NCBI GenBank assembly: GCA_021804565.1 | Contig: JAJZHK010000003.1 | Span: 7,043-71,042 of the forward strand | From: Pseudomonadota bacterium | GTDB lineage: Bacteria > Pseudomonadota > Gammaproteobacteria > Pseudomonadales > Moraxellaceae | DNA: 64,000 nt | Reading direction: 5' to 3' | In this document: positions 19,175 to 31,516 of the stretch, one piece after another | Layout of the letters: every line of letters begins with the position of its first letter | How positions within the stretch are numbered: position 1 is the stretch's first letter | Program-made: the position numbers and the translations under genes | The notes under the pieces: generated by a model | What the model saw: only the letters and a program-made list of their open reading frames with translations | The model's database searches: none | Told to the model about the DNA's origin: nothing

Positions 19175-20584
19175 ATGGAAGTCGGCCCAGATCAGGACGC
19201 ATCTGGCATGTCATTATCGACCGACCCTAACGATTTCTCGCAAACCCCGCTCAAGCGCACACGGCAGCTCTCCTTCATGGTCGTCGCGATCGTCATGGCC
19301 TGGGGTGTCGCCTTAGGCTACTTTGATCATCGCCTGCTCCTGCTCCTCCCTGGCCTCTGCCTGTACCCCTGGGTGCTGCCTTGGCTGGAAGCGCACTGGT
19401 CCGCCGGCACCCCCGAACGACAGCACTCCCTGGAAGTCATCCTCGATGGCTGGGTGATGGGCGTGGCGATCGCGGCGATTCAGTTCAGCCTCGCCCTCAG
19501 CCTGTTCTTTGCCATCATGCTCAATGCCGCGGTCCTGCATCGTGCCGCCACCCAGGCCTGGGCCACCAGCATGGTCTTTTTGATCATCGGCGCATTGTCG
19601 GGCATGGCCATCTTCGGCGCCCATCTGCAGCTCGACAGCCCCTGGCCTCTCAGCCTCGGCGCCGGACTTGGCACCATCTGCTTCATCGGCCTCAACGCCT
19701 ACTACACGCGCAGCCAGTACCAGGCCTTTCTGCAGGCCCGCAACCAGCTCGTCGAGCAGCAGCAAGAAGCCATCCTGCTGTCGCGCAAGCTGGTCAAATA
19801 CCTCCCTCCTCAGGTCTGGGAGTCGATATTCTCTGGACGTCGCGACGTCAAGCTGCAGACCCACCGCAAAAAACTGACCATATTTTTCTCGGACATCAAG
19901 GACTTCACCGAGACCACCGACGAGATGTCGCCGGACGCTCTGACCGAAATGATCAACCACTACTTCGATCAGATGTCGCGCATCGCCCTCAGGTACGGTG
20001 GCACCATCGACAAGTTCATCGGTGATGCCATCCTCATCTTTTTTGGTGACCCCAAGTCCTTGGGAGCGCGTGAAGACGCCCTCGCCTGCGTGTCCATGGC
20101 GATCGACATGCGCAATATGATGAAAGTCCTGCGCCACCGCTGGCAGGCCCAGGGTATCCTCAAACCCCTGCATGTGCGCATGGGGATCACCACGGGGTTT
20201 TGCCATGTCGGCAATTTCGGCAGCGAGTCACGCATGGACTACACCCTCATCGGACGTGAAGCCAACCTCGCCTCACGCCTGCAGACAGCGGCGCAACCCG
20301 ATGAAATCCTCATTGCCCATGAGACCTACCTGCTCGTGCGCGAACGGATACTGTGCAAGGAAAAAGGCCTGATCACGGTCAAAGGCATCAGCCGGCCGGT
20401 ACAAGTATGGAGTGTCGTCGATTTTCGCCGCGACCTCGGCCTGCAGCCCAGCTTCATCGAGCACGAACTTGAGGGCTTCACCATGCACCTCGACATGAGC
20501 AAGCTGAAAAACTACGACAAGGACCGCATCGTTCAGGCCCTGGAAAGCACCGCCCGCAACTTGCGCGAGCGCAATATCCTATAA
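19175..20584 (+). CDS. Class III adenylate/guanylate cyclase with an N-terminal multi-TM (MASE2-like) sensor domain
   Basis: The N-terminal 190 aa or so are hydrophobic. The catalytic core reads KLTIFFSDIKDFTETTD..YGGTIDKFIGDAILIFFGDP..MGITTGFCHVGNFGS..DYTLIGREANLASRL. Confidence 0.85.
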   Translation: MEVGPDQDASGMSLSTDPNDFSQTPLKRTRQLSFMVVAIVMAWGVALGYFDHRLLLLLPGLCLYPWVLPWLEAHWSAGTPERQHSLEVILDGWVMGVAIAAIQFSLALSLFFAIMLNAAVLHRAATQAWATSMVFLIIGALSGMAIFGAHLQLDSPWPLSLGAGLGTICFIGLNAYYTRSQYQAFLQARNQLVEQQQEAILLSRKLVKYLPPQVWESIFSGRRDVKLQTHRKKLTIFFSDIKDFTETTDEMSPDALTEMINHYFDQMSRIALRYGGTIDKFIGDAILIFFGDPKSLGAREDALACVSMAIDMRNMMKVLRHRWQAQGILKPLHVRMGITTGFCHVGNFGSESRMDYTLIGREANLASRLQTAAQPDEILIAHETYLLVRERILCKEKGLITVKGISRPVQVWSVVDFRRDLGLQPSFIEHELEGFTMHLDMSKLKNYDKDRIVQALESTARNLRERNIL

Positions 20585-20950
20585 GCCGGCATCGACATGC
20601 GGCGCCCATTCCGGCACGTGCTTGATGCCCTCCTGAAACAGCTGCTGCATGGCTTGGGAGCGCCGGTTGTACTCAGCCTGCACCTGCAGGCCGTCCTCCA
20701 CCGCCTGGTAACGCCCTTGATTGAGCTGCCGGGCCAGGTGGGCCGCCTCGCGATGGAAGAAGGCATGCTCGATGACCAGCTGCTCATACCAGGGCTGCCC
20801 GGCGTACTGCCGGCCCGGCCCTTGCAGCCAGATCCCCAGGGCACAGAGATCGACGTTGGCGATGCGCTCCGCATCAAGCCGCCCACCCTGCATCATGGCG
20901 ACGATAAAATCGTGCCGCCAGTCCTGATGAAAACGCAGCATGTCGCGCAT
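20579..20950 (-). CDS. Stand-alone chemoreceptor zinc-binding (CZB) domain protein
   Basis: 123 aa. The pattern H-x..W-x.., then DLCALGIWL, then EHAFFHREAAH matches the His/Cys zinc-ligand pattern of CZB domains (C-x-LG-x-WL core). It starts 12 nt after the sqr stop on the same strand. Confidence 0.65.
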   Translation of the reverse strand: MRDMLRFHQDWRHDFIVAMMQGGRLDAERIANVDLCALGIWLQGPGRQYAGQPWYEQLVIEHAFFHREAAHLARQLNQGRYQAVEDGLQVQAEYNRRSQAMQQLFQEGIKHVPEWAPHVDAGL

Positions 20951-20961
20951 AAGAGCCTCGG

Positions 20962-22254
20962 TCAGCGTCCAGGCATGATTTTGTCTTGCAGGCGCTTGAA
21001 GCCTATCAGTTTCATCACATATTTCTCGTAGACCGGCTCCGAGTTGCCGTTTTTCATTTTACGGATGAAGTATTTTTCGAAGGCGATTTTCGCGTAGTGC
21101 ACCCAGCGCCCCGAGGCAAACCAGTTGGTATCACGCGGCGGAATCTGCGGGATGGCGGCAAACATGGCGCCGGTCCGGCCAAAATCGGCCAGACACAAGG
21201 CCTGCCAGGAGCCTTTGTGCGAAGGCTGCCGCCCAGCCAGCTCTTCGGCGATATTGTGCACGATGGCGGTGACCATCGACTCGATCATATAGCCGGTCTT
21301 GGGAACGCCGCAGGGGACCGGCGTAGGTCCGACCGGCGCAATGGCGATACAAACCCCTGCCGAGTAAATGGAAGGGTACGTCGGGCTGCGCTGAAACGCA
21401 TCGACGATGACAAAGCCCCGCGGATTACACAGGCCCGGTACCGCGGCGACGGCGTCGACACCCTTGAAAGCCGGCAGCATCATGCTGTGGCGAAACGGCA
21501 ACTCATGCGTCTTGATGACTTGCCCTTGCATATCGAGCTCTTCGACATGCATGACCCCCGCTTCGATACGCGTGGTGCGCGCATTGGTGATCCAGCGTAT
21601 GCCCTGTTCACGAAACTCGTGCTCCATGATGCCCTTGGAGTCACCGACCCCATCGAGCCCCAGATGACCTATATAAGGCTCAGGCGTCACATAGGTCAGG
21701 GGAACCTTGCTGCGCAATTTACGCCGGCGCAGTTCGGTGTCCAGGATCATGGCGTACTCATAGGCCGGCCCAAAGCAGCTGGCGCCCGGCAAAGCCCCGA
21801 CGATCACCGGGCCAGGATCGGCGCACAGGCGCTTGAAGTCCTCGTGGCAGGTCTCGGCATGGTCGATATTACAGATCGACTGGGTGTAGCCCTGCTCGGG
21901 CCCGGCCCCGGGCACGTCGCTAAAAGCCAGTTGCGGTCCGGTGGTGATGATCAGCCAGTCATAGACCAGCGTGCGCCCATCGACCAGGGTCAGACGCTTG
22001 CCCTGGGCGTCGATCTCCCTGACCGCCTGGTCGTAGAAATCGATCCCTTTGCTGGCCAGATGTGGCCGTATGGGAAAACAGATCTGCTCACGCTTGCGCC
22101 AGCCCACCGCCAGCCAGGGGTTCGAGGGCACAAACTGAAAATCAGGCGATGCGTTGATGACGCTGACACGATGCTCGGTCCCTAACAAGGCCTTGGCCTC
22201 ATAAGCCGCCGGCATTCCCCCCAGACCCGCCCCCACGATCACGATATGAGCCAT
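20962..22254 (-). CDS. sqr: Sulfide:quinone oxidoreductase, type I
   Basis: 430 aa. It aligns by eye along its whole length with Acidithiobacillus ferrooxidans SQR: MAHIVIVGAGLGGMPAAYE, FQFVPSNPWLAVGW, QSICNIDHAE, GASCFGPAYEYA, GLCNPRGFV, PKTGYMIESM, and WVHYAKIAFEKYFIRKMK. The three conserved Cys positions are present. Confidence 0.9.
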   Translation of the reverse strand: MAHIVIVGAGLGGMPAAYEAKALLGTEHRVSVINASPDFQFVPSNPWLAVGWRKREQICFPIRPHLASKGIDFYDQAVREIDAQGKRLTLVDGRTLVYDWLIITTGPQLAFSDVPGAGPEQGYTQSICNIDHAETCHEDFKRLCADPGPVIVGALPGASCFGPAYEYAMILDTELRRRKLRSKVPLTYVTPEPYIGHLGLDGVGDSKGIMEHEFREQGIRWITNARTTRIEAGVMHVEELDMQGQVIKTHELPFRHSMMLPAFKGVDAVAAVPGLCNPRGFVIVDAFQRSPTYPSIYSAGVCIAIAPVGPTPVPCGVPKTGYMIESMVTAIVHNIAEELAGRQPSHKGSWQALCLADFGRTGAMFAAIPQIPPRDTNWFASGRWVHYAKIAFEKYFIRKMKNGNSEPVYEKYVMKLIGFKRLQDKIMPGR

Positions 22255-22321
22255 CGAGCACTTCTCCTGGTGTCATCTTGGCTACAGTTTAGATCGCTTA
22301 TCCGAAAGTATTTTGACCCAG

Positions 22322-22351
22322 AATAAAAAAACCGCGACTTGTGGCCGCGGT
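22322..22351 (-). terminator. Rho-independent terminator after fadA
   Basis: The minus strand reads ACCGCG-gccacaagt-CGCGGT followed by TTTTTTTATT, about 85 nt downstream of the fadA stop. Confidence 0.65.
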
Positions 22352-22436
22352 GGTCCTTGTCGACCGGTGGCGGGTAACCCCCGGCTTGCTGACAAGATGA
22401 AGCTCTCTGAGGGGGCCAGGCCCCCTCCGGCATCGA

Positions 22437-25774
<3,338 letters not shown>

Positions 25775-25805
25775 TCAAGCGTCTCCCGCTGTCAGGAAGG
25801 GACAT

Positions 25806-25827
25806 GAAGATGACATTCATCATCTTC
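25806..25827. promoter_or_regulatory. Perfect inverted repeat GAAGATGA-N6-TCATCTTC upstream of fadB (candidate operator or 5'-UTR hairpin)
   Basis: Read directly in the sequence. The nearest arm is 32 nt upstream of the fadB ATG. No regulator is assigned. Confidence 0.35.
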
Positions 25828-25886
25828 GGCTAACGCCGGCCAAGCCGGCTATATCTTGCACAGACGTCCAAGTGTACTGGATCCAA

Positions 25887-25906
25887 AGTCCCCTCGGGGG
25901 CTTTTT
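25887..25906. terminator. GC-rich hairpin AGTCCCC-tcg-GGGGCT with a flanking T-run, downstream of the ADC-like gene
   Basis: 7-bp stem (one G-U pair). TTTTT follows on the plus strand and TTT on the minus strand. It lies about 95 nt after the minus-strand stop at 25999, so it probably insulates that cluster from fadBA. Confidence 0.4.
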
Positions 25907-25998
25907 GCTGACCGGGGAGTCTAGTGCCAGACCGCCGCCGGTTCAAGTCGAATTACCCGACCACCGGGAACTCGCTGAGAGTGGATCGGCAGGATCGA

Positions 25999-26754
25999 TC
26001 ACTGAACGTGATCCCCAGCCGGTAGACGTGCGCGCAAACCCTGCCCGTACTGCACGATAAAGGGACGGCGACCCGCCAGGCCAAGATCGTGCATATGCCG
26101 GCCGAGATCCTGCGTGGCCGTCCCCAGTTCCAGCCGCACATCGCCAGCTTGCGCCACGTGCATGGTGCCGCGCATGCGGATGGTCGTCCGCAGCAGCTGG
26201 CCCTGCTTGCAGGTATAGGTCAAGAGATTGGGGGCACTCCACGGCCAGGCTCTGCCGGCGCGGCCGCGCAGCGCGCAGAGGGCCTCGGCGCGATCAGCGG
26301 CGAGGACGGCACAGTCGATCTGCCCTGCCCGCAGCTGAACGTCGATAGGCGTCACCGTCTTGGGATAGCCCCACAAATCGCGACCGGCGTGCAAGGCCAC
26401 CTCGGTGGTCACCGGCAGGTCGAGAACATACATGCCTGGATACAGAGAAAGATGTGGATAAAAGGGCGCATGCTTGCGATAGGACGACACCGGTCGGGCG
26501 CCTATGGCCAGCCCCATTTCCTGGTAAGGCCCCACCGAAGAGTCGATATAATGAAAAAAGGCCACCGTCACCAAAGCCCGACCTGGCGCCAGCAAAACCG
26601 GCTCCAGAGCATCGGGCAGGTGGTGGGCGGCGCGATCTGCATCGACCAGAAAGCAGGCAAAAATCGCCGTGCTGTTGTAGTACAGGATAGGCAGGCCGAT
26701 CGCCCCCGCCTGCGTCGCATGCAACTCTTGACTGACTTCCAAAAACGCGCTCAT
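25999..26754 (-). CDS. Acetoacetate decarboxylase (ADC)-like family protein
   Basis: 251 aa. The overall pattern (AIFACFLVD.., ALVTVAFFHY.., PYQEMGLAI, YVLDLPVTTEVALHAGRDLWGYPK) resembles ADC-fold proteins. This call rests on my recollection of the family pattern only. Confidence 0.4.
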   Translation of the reverse strand: MSAFLEVSQELHATQAGAIGLPILYYNSTAIFACFLVDADRAAHHLPDALEPVLLAPGRALVTVAFFHYIDSSVGPYQEMGLAIGARPVSSYRKHAPFYPHLSLYPGMYVLDLPVTTEVALHAGRDLWGYPKTVTPIDVQLRAGQIDCAVLAADRAEALCALRGRAGRAWPWSAPNLLTYTCKQGQLLRTTIRMRGTMHVAQAGDVRLELGTATQDLGRHMHDLGLAGRRPFIVQYGQGLRARLPAGDHVQ

Positions 26755-26796
26755 AGACCTCTCCTTGCCACGCCAATCCCGCCAAAGTGCGGACTC

Positions 26797-28188
26797 TCAA
26801 ACACTGATCGTCAAATCGCCGCCACACCCTTGCTGCGAGCCCGCCAACGGCATATCTTCGATCAGAGCCAGACGATTGATCTGGTTGGTCCCTTCAAAGA
26901 TGCGCGTCAGGCGTAGGTCGCGCAGCACCTGCTCCATGCCCTGATGTTTGGCCATGCCATGCTCGGCGAGAATCGCCAGGCCCATGCTGCACACCGCCTG
27001 GGCCCGATCGGTGATATGGAACTTGCTCAGGCTCGACTCCCCCTGGCGGGCCTGAAAGCTGCCTTGCGCCTGCTGCCAGAGCAGAGCGCGCATGGCGCGA
27101 GTCTCGGCGATCATCTGCGCCACCTGCAGCTGGTATTCCTGATAGGCCAGCAAAGGACGACCGCCGAGACGCTGTTCGCGGGCATGCGCCATGGCCAGCT
27201 CACAGGCGTGACGTGCGAAACCGACCGCCATGGCGGCGACCGGGTAGCGTGAGGCATTGAGCGTTGCGCGGTTCAGCGCCCAGCCCTGACGGAGGCCACC
27301 GACGATATCGCAGCTCGGCACAAAAGCCTCATTGAAGGCCAGTTCAGCGGCGCTGCTGGCGCGCATGCCCATCTTCAGTTCGGTGCGTAAAGCGGCCAGT
27401 CCAGGATTGCCGGCGTCGACGACGAAACAGGTCCAGGACTCAAAGCCCTCGCCCTCCAAAGCAGCAAAAACGGCGATCTTGCGCGCCACATCACCGCCGC
27501 TGATGAAGCATTTGCGGCCATTGAGCCGGTAACCACCGCGCACCGGCCGGGCGAGCACGCGCGGCGTGTTGTGGGCGGCTCCATGACCGTCCTCGGCATC
27601 GCTGCCCGCGCCAGGCTCGGTGATGGCATAGGCAAAAAGATGCGGCTGACCGGCCAGAAAATCACGCGTCATGGGCCGAAAAAATCGCTGCATCGCGCCC
27701 AGGTCACCGCTCAGGGCGATCGGGGCGAGCCCCAGTTGATGGGCGCTGAGCAGCAACATCTGGCCTCCACAGACGCGGGCCAGCTCCTCAACCTGGATGG
27801 CAAAACGCAGGTGGGTCGGGTAACGCATCTCCAACCAGTTCGCCGTCCCCCAAGGGGCCGGCAACATCCCGGTCATCCATCCATCGCGACCGGCCTGCAC
27901 CAGCAGCTCACGCGCCGGCGCCGCCAGATGCCCCGGTTCCGTGTGCGCCGCATCGAGGTCCTGCACCCGTGGCCGCAGGTGTTGCTCGGCAAAGGTGCGC
28001 GCCCGCCGGCGCAGACGCGCCAGCGGCGCCGGCAGTCTTTGCGTATCCATCTCCCAAAAATCGGCGGCCTCATAGCTCACCAGCAGACGCCCCAGTCGAC
28101 GCAGTTCCTGCATGCGCAGCAGGGGATCGAGTCCATGTCCCGGCGACCGTAAAGCGGCGCGATCCGTCTGATCGTTCGCATTCAACAT
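26797..28188 (-). CDS. Acyl-CoA dehydrogenase (catalytically complete subunit)
   Basis: ORF 26797..28347. The ATG at 28188 (MLNANDQ..) overlaps the upstream gene's stop by 7 nt (ATGTTGA). ACAD motifs: YAITEPGAGSD, FISGG, and the C-terminal RLTRIFEGTNQINRL carrying the catalytic Glu. Confidence 0.85.
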   Translation of the reverse strand: MLNANDQTDRAALRSPGHGLDPLLRMQELRRLGRLLVSYEAADFWEMDTQRLPAPLARLRRRARTFAEQHLRPRVQDLDAAHTEPGHLAAPARELLVQAGRDGWMTGMLPAPWGTANWLEMRYPTHLRFAIQVEELARVCGGQMLLLSAHQLGLAPIALSGDLGAMQRFFRPMTRDFLAGQPHLFAYAITEPGAGSDAEDGHGAAHNTPRVLARPVRGGYRLNGRKCFISGGDVARKIAVFAALEGEGFESWTCFVVDAGNPGLAALRTELKMGMRASSAAELAFNEAFVPSCDIVGGLRQGWALNRATLNASRYPVAAMAVGFARHACELAMAHAREQRLGGRPLLAYQEYQLQVAQMIAETRAMRALLWQQAQGSFQARQGESSLSKFHITDRAQAVCSMGLAILAEHGMAKHQGMEQVLRDLRLTRIFEGTNQINRLALIEDMPLAGSQQGCGGDLTISV

Positions 28189-29282
28189 AGGGCGTTCCCC
28201 CATTGCGCGGCGAGCATCTGCATATCGAGAGGGCTGCCGCTTTGAAAAACCAGTTGATGGATGTCGCGAAAGCGTTTTTCCATGCCGACATCGCGCATAT
28301 AACCACTGCCCCCGAGCACCTGTAAGGCGGCATCGACGCCGGCACACTGGCGCTCCTGCAAGCCGCAGCGCCGTGACAGCAGTCGGCCCATGCCGGCTTC
28401 GTCCAAGCTGGCGTGAGCAAGCAGCTCATCGCTCTCGACGATGGCACTGCGCGCTTCCTGCAGCAGGATCTGCACGGCGGCGTGCCCGGCGATGATCTGC
28501 CCGCCCTGATAACGCAGACCGGCGTAGCCGGTCGCCTGCTCCAGCGCCGCACGCAAGATGCCACGACCGATAGCCAGCAGGCCCAACCACTCGCTCTGCC
28601 AGAGCTGGCGACTGAATGCGCGCATCGCCTCTGCATCGGCCGAGCCGAGCATATCGCCTTGATCGGGGCGCACCCAGACCAGCCTCAACTCGTCCAAACC
28701 ATGCTGCCCTCCGGCCCAAAGCGGCGATGGCACGGCATACCAGCCTAGCTGTCCTGCGCTGAAGACGGGGCTCAGGATGAGGGCCTGTGGGGCATGGCTG
28801 AGATAAAGACGGCGGCCTTGCGCCTGCCAGACGTCTTCGAGGAGGCGGGTATCCAAAGAGCGGCCCTGCCACCACGCCGCCAGATCACCGCGACCCAGAC
28901 CATGCCGGCCATGCAAGCCCAGACTGAGGTCCAGGCCCTGGGTCAGGGCCAAAGTCTCGGCACCCAGGTTGATGCACAGTTGCTGGGCCAGGGCGATGTG
29001 ATGGGCGGCGTAGGCCAGCGCGGCATTGGTCTCGGCGAGCAGGCTGAGCAGATCCAGGGTGCCCTGCAAGCTGTCAGGATCCTTACTGTCCTGCCATAGC
29101 GCATACCCCGAGGACAGACTCAGGTCGAGGATGCCGATATCGACCAGGCTCTGCAGAGCAGCCTGCCAAGCCTCGACACTACAGGGGGTCTGCGCCTGAG
29201 CAAACGGGTGAGCGGCCAGATCAGCGCACAAGCGGCGCACGCTCGCTTCGATCAGCCGAGCTTCCTCACGACTCCATGACAT
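28182..29282 (-). CDS. Acyl-CoA dehydrogenase-like protein lacking the canonical catalytic Glu
   Basis: 366 aa. The C-terminal ACAD-like segment is LQVLGGSGYMRDVGMEKRFRDIHQLVFQSGSPLDMQ. The position equivalent to the (Y/F)EGT catalytic Glu reads FQSG. Confidence 0.65.
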   Translation of the reverse strand: MSWSREEARLIEASVRRLCADLAAHPFAQAQTPCSVEAWQAALQSLVDIGILDLSLSSGYALWQDSKDPDSLQGTLDLLSLLAETNAALAYAAHHIALAQQLCINLGAETLALTQGLDLSLGLHGRHGLGRGDLAAWWQGRSLDTRLLEDVWQAQGRRLYLSHAPQALILSPVFSAGQLGWYAVPSPLWAGGQHGLDELRLVWVRPDQGDMLGSADAEAMRAFSRQLWQSEWLGLLAIGRGILRAALEQATGYAGLRYQGGQIIAGHAAVQILLQEARSAIVESDELLAHASLDEAGMGRLLSRRCGLQERQCAGVDAALQVLGGSGYMRDVGMEKRFRDIHQLVFQSGSPLDMQMLAAQWGNALC

Positions 29283-29421
29283 AGTGGCCTTTATCCCTAG
29301 CGGTTTTGCCTCATGCTATGCTCAGCCGGCGCTGATGATGATGTCAGCGCCGGCCATTTTACTGACTGATGCGGCCAATTTTGCTGCACTGACGCTCAGG
29401 GGGCCGACAAGGAGCGAGCTT

Positions 29422-30456
29422 ATGTCCGATATGCACCGAAGGGTGTCGACCATGTCCATTGTGCCACTCCTGCTCTGCGCCCGCGAAGAAGGTATCGACG
29501 TCCATGAGCTTTTGGCGGGCAGCGCGCTGAGCGAGGAATTTTTGCGTGACCCGCACCAAACCCTGAGCTTCACCCAGGAACTGGGCATCGTGCGCCGCTA
29601 CCTCGCACTGACCGACGACGAGCAGCCGGCACTACGCTGCAGTGCTTTTTATCATTACAACAGCTTTGGTGTCCTCGGCGCCGCGCTGGTCAGCCATGCG
29701 TCGATGCTCGAGGCCTGTCATTTCCTGGTGCGCTACGTCGACCTGACCTTCACCCCATTTCACGTCGTGCTGCAAGAAGACGGCGAAGCCATCGAAGCCC
29801 GCTACATCGATCGCACCGACCTCGAGGACTGCCGCGAATTTTACCTCTTGCGTGACCTGGCCTTCATTCGCAACCTCTGCTGCGAGGCGGATCCCGAGCA
29901 CTGGTCCAGTCTGGTCGAAGCCATGGATATCGACATGGAGGAGCCTGCCGGGGCGGCGACCCTGCGCGACTATTTTCAATGGCCTTTGCGTTTTGGCCAG
30001 GAAGAGACACGCATCCAGGCGCGGCGAACGGCGCTGAACCGGCCCTTGCGGCTGGCCAATCCGGCCACCTTGAGCATGCTCCAGCGTCACTGTGACGAGC
30101 TTCTCGAACTGCGCCGCCATCACAGCTGGCGCCTGCGTGTCGAAGCCCTGCTGATCCAGCATCCCGCCTGTGCCGATCTGAGCCAGGTCGCCGCACAACT
30201 GTGCTGCAGCGAACGCACCCTGCGTCGCCATCTGCAACAGGAAGGCTGCACCTTTCAGGACATCGTCAACGATATGCTGCAGCAAAGAGCAACACACTAC
30301 CTGCGTCACTCGCGCTGGCCCATCGAGACCATTGCCTCCCGCCTGGGCTACAGCGAAACCGCCGCCTTTGCGCACGCCTTCAAGCGCTGGACCGGCATCA
30401 CCCCCCGCCAGTTTCGGCAAAGCACGCAGACGACACCGGCTCAAGACAAGAGCTGA
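29422..30456 (+). CDS. AraC-family transcriptional regulator (N-terminal AraC-binding-like domain, C-terminal HTH)
   Basis: ORF track 29284..30456. The ATG at 29422 follows an AAGGAG RBS. The C-terminal segments SERTLRRHLQQEGCTFQDIV and IASRLGYSETAAFAHAFKRWTGITPRQFR are typical AraC HTH. The gene is divergent from the ACAD cluster. Confidence 0.85.
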   Translation: MSDMHRRVSTMSIVPLLLCAREEGIDVHELLAGSALSEEFLRDPHQTLSFTQELGIVRRYLALTDDEQPALRCSAFYHYNSFGVLGAALVSHASMLEACHFLVRYVDLTFTPFHVVLQEDGEAIEARYIDRTDLEDCREFYLLRDLAFIRNLCCEADPEHWSSLVEAMDIDMEEPAGAATLRDYFQWPLRFGQEETRIQARRTALNRPLRLANPATLSMLQRHCDELLELRRHHSWRLRVEALLIQHPACADLSQVAAQLCCSERTLRRHLQQEGCTFQDIVNDMLQQRATHYLRHSRWPIETIASRLGYSETAAFAHAFKRWTGITPRQFRQSTQTTPAQDKS

Positions 30457-31331
30457 GTACGCAAAAAGTTTACTTGCGCCTGGATGACACTTTCGAACAA
30501 AGGCGCCACATAGGGATCAAAATGACCACCCGGCACGGTCATCACCTGCGCCCGCGGCGTTTTCTTCGCCGCGGCATAGGCGGCTTTGGCTGGGGTCACC
30601 CTATCGTTTTCGGCGACAAGGTAAAGGACCGGGGCCTGAATCGCCGACACCCGGCGTATCGGTCGGTATCTGGGCAAGTGCAGGACGATACGGGCAGCGA
30701 CCTCATTGCGCCAGTCGACACCCTGCGCCAGACGCCGGTAACCCGGCTCGGCGTCCGCCGACGTGAGCGCTGCCAGCGCGCCCGGCTGACCGACGACCGC
30801 GATCATCCGCGGTGACCTGCCGAGCAGGGCCCGCCCGCTATCGAGCAGGCCGGCCCAAGCCAGCCGCGCTGCTTGCAAGGGACGCCCCAGCTGAGCCCGA
30901 CCATCGACGAAAGGCACTTGCGCGATGACCGCCTTGATGTCGGCGCGTTGGGCCGCCAGCGTCAGCACATGCCCCCCGGAAAAGGAGGTTCCCCACAAGG
31001 CCAGCCTTTGACGGTCCAGGGCCGGCTGGGTGGCGACAAAGTCGAGCGCCGCCGACCAGTCCTGCAGCTGCTTGTCGATGTCCAGCCACTGCCGCGGCAG
31101 ACCGGCGCTGGCACCGAAGTGCCGATAATCGAAGATCAGCGCTGCAATACCAGCCTGACTAAATCGTTCGGCATACGCCGGCAAGCGGGCCTCCAGGGTG
31201 CCGGCGAATCCATGCGCCATCAGCACAAGCGGATGTGGGCCTGGGCGAGTCGGCAAGTACAGCCTGCCGGCACACATTTCACCTTGTGACTCAAAACGAA
31301 CCGGCTCGGTCACCCAGAGCGTCTCGGTCAT
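30441..31331 (-). CDS. Alpha/beta hydrolase
   Basis: ORF 30441..31448. Preferred start is the ATG at 31331 (MTETLWVTEPVRFES..). Motifs: LVLMAHGFAGT and the nucleophile elbow LWGTSFSGGH. Its 3' end overlaps the convergent AraC gene by 16 nt. Confidence 0.8.
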   Translation of the reverse strand: MTETLWVTEPVRFESQGEMCAGRLYLPTRPGPHPLVLMAHGFAGTLEARLPAYAERFSQAGIAALIFDYRHFGASAGLPRQWLDIDKQLQDWSAALDFVATQPALDRQRLALWGTSFSGGHVLTLAAQRADIKAVIAQVPFVDGRAQLGRPLQAARLAWAGLLDSGRALLGRSPRMIAVVGQPGALAALTSADAEPGYRRLAQGVDWRNEVAARIVLHLPRYRPIRRVSAIQAPVLYLVAENDRVTPAKAAYAAAKKTPRAQVMTVPGGHFDPYVAPLFESVIQAQVNFLRTQLLS

Positions 31332-31516
31332 GTCTATGACTCCATCCTGGCAAGACCGGCCCATTGTCCTCTGAGTGCTGCGCAAATACCAGCCCGTTGA
31401 GGCGCTGCTTCCCCCGCGGCGGTGGCTCTGGCCAAGCCCGACGACCATGCTATACTCGAAATTGGCACAAGTTTCGCAAGCAAATTGCCTGCCCTAGGCA
31501 GGCATCGAGGCTATCG

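Noticed and set aside
22388-22408. Near-perfect palindrome GAGGGGGCC-a-GGCCCCCTC just downstream of the fadA stop, considered as the fadBA terminator
   Set aside because: No U-tract follows on the minus strand. The hairpin at 22331-22351 with a T7 run is the better terminator candidate, and this palindrome may simply stabilise the 3' end.
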